A stretch of DNA of 64,000 nucleotides from Marsupella aquatica (Eukaryota; Plantae; Marchantiophyta), in contig OZ316896.1 in NCBI GenBank assembly GCA_973895155.1, forward strand, positions 2,976,001 through 3,040,000, given 5' to 3'. The position numbers were made by a program, and so were the translations under genes. A model generated the notes under the pieces. The model ran no database searches. It worked only from the letters and a program-made list of their open reading frames with translations, and had not been told where the DNA came from. This document shows positions 1-13,900 of this stretch, in pieces (position 1 is the stretch's first letter; each line of letters opens with the position of its first letter).

Positions 1-1200
1 AAATGTGGCAAGAGGGTGCCAGGATAGAGGCTGGGTTATTGGTAGACTAGCAAAGTGAGGCCAAGCAGGTACCAGGTTTGAATTTCATGACAACTTTCTT
101 TCAACACAAACCCCAGTAATAACATTGATTCACTGCTTGAGGGCAGTGATCTTGTCACTTTGGGTCACTCTCAAAGCATGTTATCCATCTCCAACCTTGT
201 TATCAATCTGTCAAACTTTCACAAAGACTGACAAGCTAAAACACATTCAAGGAAACTTTTTACAAACATACACACAAAGGGATGCGGTTGATAGTCTGGA
301 TAACTTTGGAGTGATTCCAGTTTAGGGCCCGGTTTAGGGTTACCACCAATAACATGGTCACCTCTAATTATCAATGTTTTTCAATATATATATTGATTTA
401 TATTTTAAAATTGGGGGTGACAGTAAATAGTGTCACTTGGCTGAAAATCAAGGGCAGCTCATAATTACTATGTATGACACTAAATGCCCTCCAGCATCTT
501 AGGTGAACTCTTTGATGCCAGCTTAGGCCCAATTGGGGGCCTAATTTGCATGATTTTGACCTTTGGGTTTGTGTTCTGGCACCCTTCATTTTTTGCTGCT
601 CCCGCTTTGTCAATGGAAGCTTCAACCGTCGTATCACCTACAATGTCAAAGGTGAAGTCAACTTGGGAGGAAGCCGGGGAGGAAACTTGAACTTGATAAG
701 AGGCAACTACTTGAACTTCAATTAGGCAAAAATATTGGGCTTTGCATAAACACTTAGACTCTGTTAGCCCCCATATATGTTAGCCAAGCAATGGTGGTTG
801 CTAGGATCCATATAATTATCCAGCGTGAAATTAGGCAGGTTTAGCCACATTGTTCTCTAAGTAATTAAATATTGGCTTCAATGGTGGTGTCTCTCCTGAG
901 GTACTTAACTAGTTCACCAATAGACGAGTGGGGCCTCTATCCATGCCTCTACCTTGTACTCTTATGAGTGTTTGGCTTCTTTCAATATCAAAGCTTTGGT
1001 TAATAGTCTTGGTTGATTTGCCAAATGCTTCTTCCTTGCGGAGTCCTGGCTGTTGCCGTTTGAATTGGCAACACTTTGTTCTAGAGTCTTGGTTGCTTTG
1101 CTAACAAAGTCTAAGTGTTAAAGCAAAACCTGGTACTTTGGTTAATAGTCATCGTGGACAGTCTTGGTGTATGTTCTGGCAAACTCAAGTCTGTCCTCTC

Positions 1201-1811
1201 TTTGGGGGTCTCACTGATGCAAAAATGATACATTACGTGCCACCAAGCATTAAATCATTTTATTTGTTCTGAGGGAAGATTGAATTCTAAGTGAAAGAAC
1301 ACTACCGTCCTTCCCCCAAACACAGTGCCCGGGCGTTGTGTTTGAAAATGGATTTTTTTAGGGGTCCATAAGAAAAGTTTTTTTTCTTCAAACACAACGT
1401 CATTGTAACACAACGCCTGATCATTGTGTTTGAATATTGGTGTTGTGTTCAAGTTGGACACTGTGTTCGAGATTTGAATTTAAACTGTTCTATATTGAGC
1501 ACAAATAGTAAGAACTTTCAAAAATCATATGACCATGCCAATATTCAAACACAAAGTTAATATTCAGACACAATGCCCACTTTCAAACACAACACCCTGC
1601 AAGTACAAAAAAAAGATGAAAAAACACAATCAAAACTTGAATACAACTCCCTGGGCGCACCATTCGAATACAAGGCCATGGCGTTGTGTTCAGGGGAAGA
1701 CGGTAGGATCTTGAGGTAACTATGATTTTTAGCCAAGATTATCCAAATTAATAGAGATTGAAACTTTTTGGTTTTTTTTTAAAATAAGTTTTAGGGTGTG
1801 AGATCCCCAAG
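1201..1811. mobile_element. Degenerate MITE related to the CTCGGGGG-TIR (P-like) family, interrupted by a TA-flanked MITE
   Basis: Left end TTTGGGGGTCTCACTgatgcaaaaatgatacattacgtgc resembles the left end of the 41041 element (CTCGGGGGTCTCACTccgcgaaaatctcatatcacgtgc). Right end tGTGAGAtCCCCaAG resembles AGTGAGACCCCCGAG. No clean TSD. Confidence 0.5.
1305..1703. mobile_element. Tc1/mariner-type MITE (TA TSD)
   Basis: TA|CCGTCCTTCCCCCAAACACAGTGCC ... GGCGTTGTGTTCAGGGGAAGACGG|TA imperfect TIRs with TA on both sides. Confidence 0.7.
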
Positions 1812-1873
1812 TCCCTGGAACAAGAGTTGCAATTATTGTTTTGGCAATGAAACTCTGAAGTTCAACTTTACTA

Positions 1874-2199
1874 CACTCTTCACCGTAATTAGTGTTATGC
1901 CAGAATTAGTGTTACTAACACTAATTTTGGTAAAAATGATTTTGAGCCCAAGTAACACTAATTTTTGTTGGTTTTCAAAACAGATTTTGTTCACTTTAGT
2001 ATAAATTGCTTGTAAAAAATGGCTGATCTTTAGTCCAAAGTAACACTAATTGTTGTGGATTTTTCAAAATAGTCTTTTTTTACTCTATTTTTGCGTACAT
2101 GAATTAGTGTTACTATGGTCTTAAAAGTGGCAAAATAGAGTACCCTGAAAATGGGCACTCTCGAATTAGTGTTAGTCACACTAATTACGGTGAACATTG
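1874..2199. mobile_element. Tc1/mariner-type MITE (TA TSD)
   Basis: TA|CACTCTTCACCGTAATTAGTGT ... ACACTAATTACGGTGAACATTG|TA, with internal AATTAGTGTTA motifs in both orientations. Confidence 0.75.
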
Positions 2200-4399
2200 T
2201 ATGTTTATCAGTTTGTTAGCACTCCTAAATAATTAACTTCCCCCCCCCCCCCTCACATTGCAAATGGTACAGTGACTTAAGCTTCCATCAATGGATTGTG
2301 GGTGACAAAAAGAACAAAAATCTGAAGTTGATGCCAGAATACAAACCAGAGTTAATCGGGCCGGAGCAGCAGCATGCATGACTAGGATGGGCAGCATACG
2401 TATGTTTGCCTGGGATAAATGCTGCAGGAGGGCATTAATTTGGCGTAGAGTTAACGTACACAGATTCAAGACAAAGAATAATCTTGAATGACAAACAAGT
2501 ACCTTAATTTGATGCAATGTCACACATGGTTAACGGGATGGATGGCTGTTTAAAACCATCATTCCAAGGTTCAGCCATGATTGAGGTAAGCTTAGATTGA
2601 CATATGTTAATTCTAATTCTAAATGTTGCTTTGTCCAGCTGATGGTTGGGTGACTTAGATGTCAGACTGACAAAAAAATAACCATGCTCTCTGCAGTCCC
2701 TGAAAGGTGTGTGAATAACCCATTGACAGCCTTGGGCTCCAAGCAGCCTAATTCAGCTTAAGGTTTTTTCTTATTTGGATTAATTTATGAACCGTCTGAT
2801 CTCCCTAGATTTGAGGATGGCCCTTATCTAGATTACTAGCTCAATACCTGTGCCTTGCACAGAAGAAGTCGTGTCGGCCAAGATGTCGTTGAGAAAAAAA
2901 GATGTCATGTCGGCCAAGAGTTCATTGAGAGAAAAGAGATTCGTGCTGCCCAAGATGTTGTTATGTGAAAGATGTCATGAAGTAAAAAGATGTCTTTAAG
3001 AAAAAAGAAGTCATTTTGCCAAAGATGCCATTATGTGAAATATCTAGTCAAGAAAAAGGTGTCATTTTGCCAAAGATATCATGAAGTAAAAGATGTTATA
3101 AGAAAAAAGGTGTCCTTAATTTCACCCAAGCTGTCGTTATGTGAAAGATGTTATGAAATGAAAAGTCAAGGAGAGAATGAGCGAGCCTTTTTCTTTGTTT
3201 TTCTTTTTTTACCCAAAATGCCCCTGCATTAGAATGACGACCACTCTATAAATAATTGGCGCAACGTTATATTATCGGTTTCAGGTTTAGGGTTTAGCAA
3301 AGATATATGCCCATTCTGTCGGTATCCTCAAGGGTATCCTTTCAATCCCCGTGTGTTGCATAAAAGATGTTGTTTGGTTAAAGATGTTGTTGAGAAATAG
3401 ATTGTGGTGCAAAAGATATTGTTGAATAAAAAATTTGTTAAAATATATTATTTCAAAAAAACTTTTGTTGAGTGAAAGATAGCATTGTGCAAAATAGTGG
3501 CTACGGCAGCCACAAAAGTTCCCTTTTCTTTGTTTCTTTTTTCTCCTTGCACAAAAAAATTCTTGAATAAAAGATGTCATTGCACAAAAAATTGGCTATG
3601 ACAATCACAAAAGTATAACAAAATCTTGAACAAAATGAGAGGTGTTTTTTTCTTCCTTTTTTCCCTTTTTTTCTCTTATGTTCCTTTTAAACCTTAACGT
3701 CCCCCTTTTCCCCATTTTCCTATTTTTGGTCTTCACTTTTTCACAATCACCATCACTCCACTCGTTCTCTGTGCCCCCCACCCATGTGAGATCAAGGGGC
3801 TACCCTACATTGTGAGTGTGCCCCTCGCCTGACACCTTGCCATCAACGCCCATGTCATGCGCTTCACTATGTCTTTGGGCCTTATTACTTTTGTTTTTGG
3901 CATTGAAAATGACACTAGAAATGACTGTAAAAATCACCACAAATATTGGGAGAATAGTTTTTTATTGATCTAGTGACTAAAATATTATTAGTAATTAAAC
4001 TACTTTTACCAGTATTACACAAAAATTATGATGCACACACTATTGAATATGTACAATATAAACTTGCAAGTGAGTATATACAATATTCACTTAATATTTA
4101 CTTGCATGGATGTCTCCTCCTTGATCCTTGTGCATTGATCCTTGTGCATTGTGTTAAAGTCTCATTGTGTGTGTGTGTGTGTCTGGTGTGATTATTTTTG
4201 CTTGTCTTGGGCATTTTGCTTGTCTTGGGCACTGGTGCAGCTTTTTGTGACTCACACTAAACTCAATTCACACTTTGGCTTTATTGTTTACCATTACCAG
4301 ATTTTTCTAATTTTTGTGCCCTGCAAATTTGAATGACAACCACTCTAAAAAGTGGTGCAACTATGTATTACTAGCTCAATACCCGTGCGTTGCACAAAA

Positions 4400-4850
4400 G
4401 AAGTCATGTCGGCCAAGATTTTGTTGAGAAAAAAAGATGTCGTGTCGGCCAAGAGGTCGTTGAGAGAAAAGATGTAGTGTCGGCCAAGAGGTTGTGGAGA
4501 GAAAAGATGTTGTGTCGGCCAAGAGGTCGTGGAGAGAAAAGATGTAGTGTCGGCTAAGAGGTCATGGAAAGAAAAGATGTAGTGTCGGCCAAGAGGTGTT
4601 GAGAGAAAAGAAGTCGTTGAGAAAAAAAGATGGCCAAGAGGTCGTTGAGAGAAAAGAAGTCACTGAGAAAAAACTATGTCATGTCGGGCAAGAGGTCATT
4701 GAGAAAAAATATGTTGTCTTGGCCAAGAAGTCGTTGAGAAAAAAAATGTCATGTCGGCCAAGATGTCGTTGAGAAAAAATATGTCGTGTTGGCAAAGACA
4801 TCATTGAGGGAAAAAATGTCGTGTCAGCCAAGACATCATTGAGGGAAAAT
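4400..4850. repeat. Minisatellite (~33-bp unit GTCGTGTCGGCCAAGAGGTCGTTGAGAGAAAAGAT) near Helitron 3' end
   Basis: About a dozen degenerate tandem copies; a shorter version lies at 2865-2960. Confidence 0.85.
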
Positions 4851-5777
4851 ACCCGTGCATTGCACAAAAGATGTCTTTGAAGTCATTTTGCCAAAGAAGT
4901 CATTTTGCCAAAGATGCCATTATGTGAAAGATGTTGATAAGAAAAATGTGTCATTTTGCCAAAGATATCGTGAAGTAAAAGATGTTATAAAGAAAAAAAA
5001 GGTGTCATTTTGACATCCAAGTTGTCATTATGTGAAAGATATTATGAAGTAAAAAGTCAAGGAGAGAAGGAGCAAGTCTTTTTGTTTGTTTGTTTTTTTA
5101 CCCAAAATGCCCTTGCATTTGAATGGCGACCACTCTATACATTGGTGCAATGTTATATTATCGGTTTCAGGTTTAAGGTTTTAGGGTTTAGCAAAGATGA
5201 CCATTCTATCGCTATCCTTTCAATCCCCGTGCGTTGCATAAAAGATGTTGTTTGGTTAATTAAAGATGTTGTTGATAAATAGCTCATGGTGCAAAAGATA
5301 TTGTTGAATAAAAAATTGCACAAAACTTTTTGTTGAGTGAAAGATATCATTGTGCAAAATACTGGCCACGGCAGCCACAAAAGTTCCCTTTTTCTTTTTC
5401 CTCCTTGCACAAAAAAATTCTTTGAATAAAAGATGTCATTGCACAAACCACTGGCTATGACAACCACAAAAATATAATGAGAGGTGCTTTTTTCCCCCCT
5501 TTTAAACCTTTTTCCTCTTATGTTCCTTTTAAACCTTAACCTCTCCCTTTTCCCCATTTCACCATCACTCCACTCGCTCGCCGCCCCCTCCCTCCCCACC
5601 CGTGCGCGACTGGAGCCCTTCGAGGGGCTGCCCTACATTGCCAGTGTGCCCCTCGCCCGACACCTTGCCATCACCGTCCGTCCGTGTCATGCGTTTCACT
5701 ATGTCTTTGGGCCTTATTACTTTTGTTTTTTGGCATTGAAAATGATAGTGCAAATGACTCTAAAAATCACCACAAAT

Positions 5778-6188
5778 CCCGGTTTAACCTGACGGGCACC
5801 TTGACGCATTGCCGGGCATGTCAAATTGTCAAATGACGGCCCAAAAATGACCAATTTGACAGATATTGAATAAGATTCTCCCAAACTCACCCAAACCCAA
5901 ACCCGAACCCCAGACCGCCTCTCCCTGCCCGCACCCCGAATCCGAACTTCCCCCCCGGACCGCCCCCGAACTCAAACCCGAACCCGGACCGCCCCCCCAT
6001 ACCCCCCTGAACCCCCCCGGAGCGCCCCCAAACCCAAATCCCCCCGAACCCAAACCCAAATCCCCCCTGAACCCAAACCCACCCCCCCAAACCCGAACCC
6101 ACCCCCCCGGACTACTCCCGAGCCCGGGTGCCAGGTTGCCAATTTGCCGGCCGTTTTTGCCCAGTTTGACGGGCAAGGTCAAACCGGG
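5778..6188. mobile_element. 411-bp TIR element with C-rich interior inserted in the middle Helitron
   Basis: TIR CCCGGTTTAACCT / AGGTCAAACCGGG; flanks CCACAAAT and TCACAAAT (8-bp TSD, 1 mismatch). The homologous site in the outer Helitron (~3935, CCACAAATATTGGG) is empty. Confidence 0.8.
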
Positions 6189-6309
6189 TCACAAATATTG
6201 GGAGAACAATTTTTTATTGATCAAGTGACTAAAATGTTATTAGTAATTAAACTCCTCTTACCACTATTATACAAAACTAGCCCCATGCCCGTGCGTTGCA
6301 CGAAAGACT

Positions 6310-6640
6310 TCGAGTGAGGGCAAGATTTTGAGTGAGGGCAAGATTTTGAGTGAGGGCAAGATGCCGAGGTGAGAGCGAGATGCCAAGGTGAGGGCAAGAT
6401 GTCGAGGTGAGGGCAAGATGTCGAGGTGAGGGCAATATTTGGAGGTGAGGGCAAGATTTCAAGTGAGGGCAAGATGTCAACATGAGGGCAAGATTTGGAG
6501 ATGAGGGCAAGATTTCAAGTGAAGGCAAGATGTTGAGGTGAGGGCAAGATTTGGAGATGAGGGCAAGATGTTGAAGTGAGAGCAAGATGTCGAGATGAGA
6601 GCAAGATGTGGAGGTGAGGGTAAGATTTTGAGGCGAGCCA
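6310..6640. repeat. Minisatellite (~18-19-bp unit GAGGTGAGGGCAAGATNTC) in Helitron 3' region
   Basis: Tandem degenerate GAGGGCAAGAT units; explains the spurious SCPHL ORFs. Confidence 0.9.
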
Positions 6641-6725
6641 AACATGGTTGTGCATTGAAAACTTATAATTCAGGCAAAAAGTCAAAGAGATTAATACAAA
6701 AGTGATACAATCTTTATTCAGGCGT

Positions 6726-9700
6726 TCAATAAAGAACCTCATCATATACAACATTTTTTGTCAACTTTGCTTGACCCTCCTCGGAATCTGAAAGTAAAAC
6801 CTTGATAGTTGTAGGTGATGTTGCCCTTGAGAATGCTACATACAATTGTCCATGACTAAATACAGGCTTTGAAAGCTACAACCCTACATGTTCTAAAGTC
6901 TAACCTTGAGCCTTGTTTATGGTCATTGCATATGCCACTCGAACGGGAAATTGGACCCTACGTAATAAAAAAGGAAGTGACTCGTCAGACGTCAATGGAA
7001 TCCGTGGGATAAATGTAAGGGTCCCTGCATGTTTTCCTACGAGAACACGTGCCTCAATGACACGACGATTCATTGCTCTCACAATTAGCCGAGTACCATT
7101 GCACAACCCCAAAGAGTGATCTATATTCCTAAGTAAAATGATAGGGCATCCAACCTTTAGTACCAACTTATGAGGCGGCAGACCACTCGGCGTGAGTGTA
7201 TTCAAGAACTCCGTAGGGTAGAAGTTCTCCCCCTCAAGCTGATCTGGATGATCTACGCTAAAAAACTCACTTGATTCCCCGGGAAGTCCTTCTAAGATAG
7301 AGTCGTTAATTTTTAGTGCCTCGTCATTTGTCGGCGCCAGGATAGTTCTCTCACTTAAGAACCTATCGTCCACATTAGCAAGAGTCGGGTATATTGCCTG
7401 AATCAATGATTCCACTCGTCCCCCATCCACCACCATAGACTCAGGGCAAGTAATAAGATTATTTGAAGGCCCTCCTTTTGGGAGTTTATCATTGCCCAAT
7501 TGTAGTAGCCACTCCGCAAATGTAACATTACCAAATTCAGGAGAGGCATTAGTTCCTCTTGCCCGCATATTTTCAGTTAGCTTCAAAGTCCGTATACTAC
7601 TCCACACATAAGACTTCTTCAAACACGACTTCACAATCTCCGGACGACTTGCCCTTGCCTTCACTAGAAGCACTTGTCAAAAATCACCTGCAAATACAAC
7701 TACAACCCCTCCAAAGATTTGGTCGTTATCTCGTATGTCGCGTAAAGTTCTATCCAACGCCTCCACTCCATGCCGATGGATCATGGGTGCTTCATCCCAC
7801 AAAATAAAAGTTGCCCTCCGCAATAATCCAGCAAGGTCAGATTGTTTTTGGATGCCGCATGTCGATGTCTAGATTGGTTTCAATGGTAGCTTGAATCTTG
7901 AGTGTGCGGTGCGACCTCCATCTAACAAAAGACTTGCAATACCCGAGGAAGCTACGGCCAATGCAATGTCCCCATCTGCACGGACTCTCCAAAGTAGAAC
8001 ATTCTCCACAAATGTTTTTCCCGTCCCCCCCGGTCCATCAATAAAGAATGTCGCTCCATATCGAGCCCTCACCGCTGCAAGTATTGTAGTGTACGTTGCC
8101 CTTTGACCCTCGTTCAACAACGGCTCCTGCTCTGCAAGTTGTTGTAGAAGTACATCCATCGGGTAACGTGTCTCCTCTCTTATCAACCGGTTTCTATTTT
8201 CTTCCTCTTGGAAAAACTCCATACCTGGTTCCGGAAGACCAAACTCTAGCAATGTTTTACCCACACTTTTCAAAGCCTCATCCATCAAATGTAGAGCAAA
8301 GCTCTGTTGTTGCTGCTCCGTAGAATCTAAGAAGCCCATTGATTGCAAACGATACCTACAATCATCACTCAAATTGGATGCATGTTGTGTCCACAGGTCG
8401 CACGGCTTGGCAACACCTCCAAACAACAATATTGTGATAAATAGTTGCCAAATTTGTGCACCGGTGTGCATGCTTGTTGCTTCTTGAAGGCATCTATCCC
8501 ACTCCTCATCGTTCTCATACAAACCCCGGGCAAGAGCGGCAGCCTGAAAGGTTGGGTATACATTGCCCTCAAATGTGCGAAGGTCGATGAATGAGGTTGC
8601 ACCTTTGATGTGAAGAAGAAGCGCCCTCAAGTAGTACCGTTCACCCGCGGCTGGCGGCACAAAATACATCCTACCAATGCTAAACCCTCTTCTTCGTGGG
8701 TTCCATGCACGGGAGGATGCATCCCACACAAACTCATTGGGGAAATTGCTGTAGAAAAGTTGTCTCGCACGTTCATGTAACGTGTTAGCTTTGAACCACC
8801 CTGTGAGGGTTGTGTCCCTATGAGATTCTCGTTGGACCACATCATTGATCTCATAATCCTCATTGAACATTACTGATTGTTCCCTCTCACAATGCACTTG
8901 CAACCTTTGGACTGAAGTAGTACACTCAGACATTTCAAACTGATTGATGCGCCATACTCCTTCAGCAGCAGACACATATCTGGCATCTAAATGTTCCTTT
9001 ACTTCGTCTCGTTGCTCAACCTCCACCGTCGCTTTATCGTGCCCTTTATAACAGTACTTATATAAATACTTGATTGCTTTAATCGAAGAACAAATCTCCA
9101 CATTGATATGAGCATTAAATCTCATGCTCAAATATAGACTTATGAGGAACAACCCACCTATTGTCGAACTTAAATGTGCTTCAATCTTTTGAGAAACTAC
9201 GGCCATCATCCCGATGTCGATACATAGGATACCCATCATCTCCAAAAACTGTTTCGGATGAAAATGATTGCGGATAGCCCTTGCTGCACTGTCCATCGAC
9301 CATGCAAGGTGAGTTTGGATACCCGCGACCGCATGGACCATGGACCATGGACTTCATAATAGTCTGATATAATTGGGGATGTACTCGTGCATTTGGTATC
9401 TCTGCCAAAACCAATTCATCAACCAACTCCGGGGTGCGCAACTTATGTCGTTCCACCAATATTATCAGTATGTGGGCATGCGGCAGACCCCTCTTCTGAA
9501 ATTCGATGACATACATAGAAGCAATAGGTCTACCTATTACCCCTGCCCGAATGTCCGCCAACAGGGCCTTCAACTTAAGTTTGAACACTCTCGCCACAAT
9601 GTCATCGCGGTCGGCCGGGGTCTGGTAGGGGTAGCACTCCGCTCTGATTTCAGGCCATTCAGGATTGCACGTCAAAGTTATGAAAAGGTCTGGAGGCCCA

Positions 9701-12018
9701 TACGTTCGAACAACCGCCATGGCATCCTGATAGGCCTGCATCATATGTCGTGCACTACCTCCATAGGTTGATGGTAGAATATAGGTCCTACCCACATCAC
9801 TTGCTCGTGCGTCCTCATTTTGAACTGCATCTTGTAGCCCTTGATACAACTCGGTCCTTAGCTTCTTCTGATTATTCCAAATGTAGGTGAGTCGTGTTTG
9901 ATCAATACATGCGTAAGCATGATCCACAATGTATTGCTTGAGCAATCGTCCTCCACGAAGCAACCAATCATCTCCCCGCCTTGCATGTAACCTATACGCA
10001 TAGTCTTGAAGTTGGGTCACCTTCTTAGAACCATTTCGTCCACCCCTTGCTCCTGCTTCAGCAGCCACTATAATTCCATCTTGGAATTCATGGCCTGCCA
10101 ATGGGATGTCATAAGACCACCCATCCTGTCCATGAGGAAAAAGCAAAACATAATGAAGGGGAGCATACGACCGATGCCACTCAAAAATCCTTTGTAGGCC
10201 ACCATTCCTCTTCCTTAGGATTATGTCCCTACCACGTGTTTCAATATCTTCCTCTCCCACCATAATCACGCCAATTTCATCTGTGGTGGGCTTACTATAG
10301 CGCCTAAGGTCAGTATCTCACTCTGCTATAATACGTAGCGATACCTCTGCCACCTCAGTGCCATCAATGCGGCTCCCCGCATTTTTGAAGAGCCCCACAT
10401 ATGGATTGTACGTATGCAGCATGTCTTGCAGTGAAGCTAACACAGCATGATCCAATTGTGGCATCCTATTCATCCTACAACCCAAGAAAAAACCATGAGA
10501 CACAACTTACTGGAAACATATATACTTAGAATATTAAAGGAAAACGCTTTCAAGAATGCTGCACATATTACTTATTTACCTGTTTCCCAACTCATTTTCT
10601 GTATCATGAATATATAGCTGAGCAAATTTTGGTCCTTCTCCATCAGGCGGCAAGAGGCTACTGGCACGATGATATAATGCTCCTTGGATACGAAAGGAAT
10701 ATGGGCCTTGATTACCACCCCTTTCATCAATTTTAACACCTAGAGACATAAATGCCAATGCATTATTGTAGCCTCAAATATTCTTCCGGAATGCTGTAGC
10801 TGCAGCATTGGTACCAATCAACAAACTCCGTAGAGGTTAAGGGGGATCACCAAGTTCAGACAATACCACCTTCCCTCCGGTGCAACACATGGTAAAGAAC
10901 GGGTTGCGTTGCGTCCCTGACTTGCATTCTTCGATCCAATGAAGTGCTTTGCATTGTGGGCACTCAATGTTCATGCGTCCCAAAAGATGTCGACCCATTG
11001 AAGGGTCCAACGGCTGTCTTGCCTTTGGTAACCGTTGGATTTGTTCCAATCTTTGGAGTTCCTGCAAAACAACACGTGGATTGGGTTGAGCCGGAGTATC
11101 CGGCGCAAGATTTGTGCCTCCCATTTCCTCTTGGAGCATATGCTCAATTTCCTCTTCTCCATCTTCGTTTGACAAATCCAAGGTGCCCTCAACAAACGTG
11201 TCAAATTGATCGCCCCCATCATCGAGGATTGGATTTGGCCCCTCGTGAAGAGCACCATGAATGAGCCAATCTTCATCAAAGACGTCAGGGTCGCATCGTT
11301 CATTGTTTGGTATGGATTCACAGGGTGGGGGCTAAGCCATAAAGGCAACCCCATCTTGTAAAGCGCCATCAATGAGCCAATTTTCTTCAAAGACGTCCAG
11401 TTGTTGTGACCCATTGTTGGTTATGGGCTCGCACGGTGGGCCAATGGCAAAATCCTGGGGGGGCTGGTCAACCCCACATGCGTCCAAGGCACCATTGATG
11501 AGCCAACCTTCATCGAACATGGGAGAGTGGGATAATCCATTCACAGGATCTTGGCTAGTACCAATAGCAATGGATCTGGCCGATGCCTGTTGAGCAGCCC
11601 TTGCTTCACGGCGAAGCTGCCTTCCACTATTTGTGCGTGCAGATGTCAAAGTTGGTCCCCAAGTTGGTCCTGTACTTGCCCCCTCAAAGGAGGCCAATGA
11701 TGTTGCTGGTGCCCGCCGCAGTGCCCTTGCTTTGTGCCGTAGTTGTTGACCACTAACTGTGTGGGCAGACGCCACACTTGGTGCAGCACTTGTGGCACTT
11801 GGTTCTGGTACCAAAAGTATCGGACTTGGTGGAATACTTGCTACCGCGACCAAAGGTCCCACAGTTGGTGTGGAAGTTGGTTGTGGCACAGTACAAACTT
11901 CAGCCCTCTCTTGTAGCCGTCGCTCAGCATATCGTTGGCGACGCCTTGCATTTGTGACTGCCCTATTCTGGGTATGCCACTCCCGATCAGCTTCCAATCT
12001 CTCGCGTGGGGTCCTCAT
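6726..12018 (-). pseudogene. Helitron Rep (HUH)-Pif1 helicase, disrupted by stops and frameshifts
   Basis: Zn-finger CPQCKALHW...CCTGGKV; Rep motifs FITLTCNPEW, VIEFQKRGLPHAHIL and KYLYKYCYKG; helicase motifs DGPGGTGKT, WDEAPM, GLCNGTRL, QFPVRVAYAMTINKAQG and [10 protein letters not shown]. Split over ORFs 11332-12018, 10837-11181, 10576-10758, 10318-10503, 9181-10269, 7869-9341 and 6900-7673, with a probable intron at ~10475-10579. Confidence 0.95.
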
Positions 12019-13149
12019 GGTCCAGGTTCTCTCTTAAACCCCTTCATTGTCTGCATCCAACCCACAAAACCTATGAGAATTTTGTATGCACCCGCAATCA
12101 AGCTAAGAGACCCCTAACTATGTTGAATGCAGGTTGGGCCACACCTTTGCAAGAGACCTGAGACATGTGAGGAGACCCAATATCTGTGAAAGATATCGCC
12201 TACCGCAGTCCCTCGTCTCGCCCTCCCAACCTTTGTGGCGATCATCCTACTTCTAGGACGTCTCTTGCCCCTATGGTATCCACTTAATAGGCATTGGCTG
12301 ATGCAAGCACCACAAAATGATCACATTCAAATGCCTATGTCCCATTTTGCCCCCGGATCACCCAAAAAAGAAAGGCCAAAAAACGTTGCCCAGGTCACCA
12401 AAAATATTAGAGGGGCTCCCCAAAATTCTGATGACGGCCACATCCCATGATGATCCCCCCCGGATCACCCAAAAAAGAAGGGCCAAAAGTAGTGGGGGTC
12501 ACCCAAAAATATTAGAGGGGCTCCCCAAAATTTATGATGACGGCCACATCCCATGGTGATCGCCCCCAGACCACCCAAAAAAGTGGAGGTCGCACAAATT
12601 CTCATGTCGGCCACCCCATGCGGATCCCTAAAAAAATCCGCCCCAAAAATTTCCGACACACTCACAAACCCCTTCCCTGGGCCATCACCAATGGGATTTG
12701 CTTAGGCCGTTTCCATGTTTGGCCGGGTCCCATACCGCCCCAGGGTGTGGTCATTTTGCATTCTTTGGCAGGTTCTCGTATGAACATACCGCCCCCGCCC
12801 CCAGGGTGTGGTCGGCCCCGGGGTGTGGTTGTTTCCCATTCAGGTTCCCATATGTTCCCGTGGTCTGGCCGTTTCCCATTGTGTGTCCGTTTTCGCTCGC
12901 TTCCAATAGTTCAAGTCCCCTTATATATACTTCTGGGGTCCTGCCACCCTCGGACCACTTCTCCCGGCGAATTTTTGGCCTCCAACCCAAAAATGCTCGT
13001 GCAAGAACGGAGGGCGTGCGCAAGTAGTTAGTAATCCTGACAGTCCAGGCTCGGGTGTACAATGGCGACAACATCAAAAGTCAGGTCCTGAGAGGCGAGA
13101 GCATGTCAAGGCGCGGCAGTAGTCTGGCGCCGGCCTGGGTTAGCATTGA

Positions 13150-13900
13150 CCTCGCGAGGCATCAGGAAGGAGGAGGGGCTCAGGCGGCAGGTTTCGAGCA
13201 GGAGTGAGGCAAGCCAAGCCTGCCATCGGGAGCGCATGCGAAGGGGTGCCGGGAGCGCAGCTGCGCATGGGGGAGGGGAGCGAGGGAGGAAGCGGAGCAA
13301 GGAGGGAGGAGCAAGGGAGGGGCCCTGTGCAGGCTTCTGCATAGGGACCCGGACCCAGGCAGCGCGCATGGGGGAGGGGATCGAGGGAGGAAGGGGAGCG
13401 CAGGCTTCTGCATAGGGACCCGGACCCAGGCAGCGCGCATGGGGGAGGGGATTGAGGGAGGAAGGGGAGCAAGGAGGGAGGAGCAAGGGAGGGGCGAGTG
13501 CATAGGGACCCGGGCCCAGCCAAGGAGGCAGCACGCGCATGCGGGAGGGGAGCAAGGGAGGAGCGAGGAGGGGGGGCCGAGGCTGGGAGACAGGGCGCGC
13601 ATGGGGGAGGGGAGCGAGGAGGGGGGCTGAGGCTGGCAAGCGCAGCCGGAGCACAGCAAGGGCAGGCGGAGGAGGGCCGGGGCTCAGCAGGTGGCAAATG
13701 GAGGAGCGAGGGGGGAACCCGGGAGGCAGCGTGCATGGGGAGGGCCGGGGTCCCCGGGAGGAAGCGCAGCACATGGGGAGGGGCGAGGAACCGCATGCGA
13801 GTATGCAGGAGGGAGGCCAGCCATCGGGAGGGAATGGATTGGACTTTGGAGGGAGCGCATGGGGAAGAAGCGACACGGCATGGAGTAAAACGCCTGGAGT
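13150..13900. repeat. GC/purine-rich degenerate repeats in Helitron 5' region
   Basis: Recurrent GCGCGCATGGGGGAGGGG and CAGGCTTCTGCATAGGGACCCGGACCCAGG units. Confidence 0.7.

Noticed and set aside
5829-6228. Pro-rich and Gly-rich ORFs resembling extensin or glycine-rich proteins
   Set aside because: They are translations of the C-rich interior of a 411-bp TIR element.
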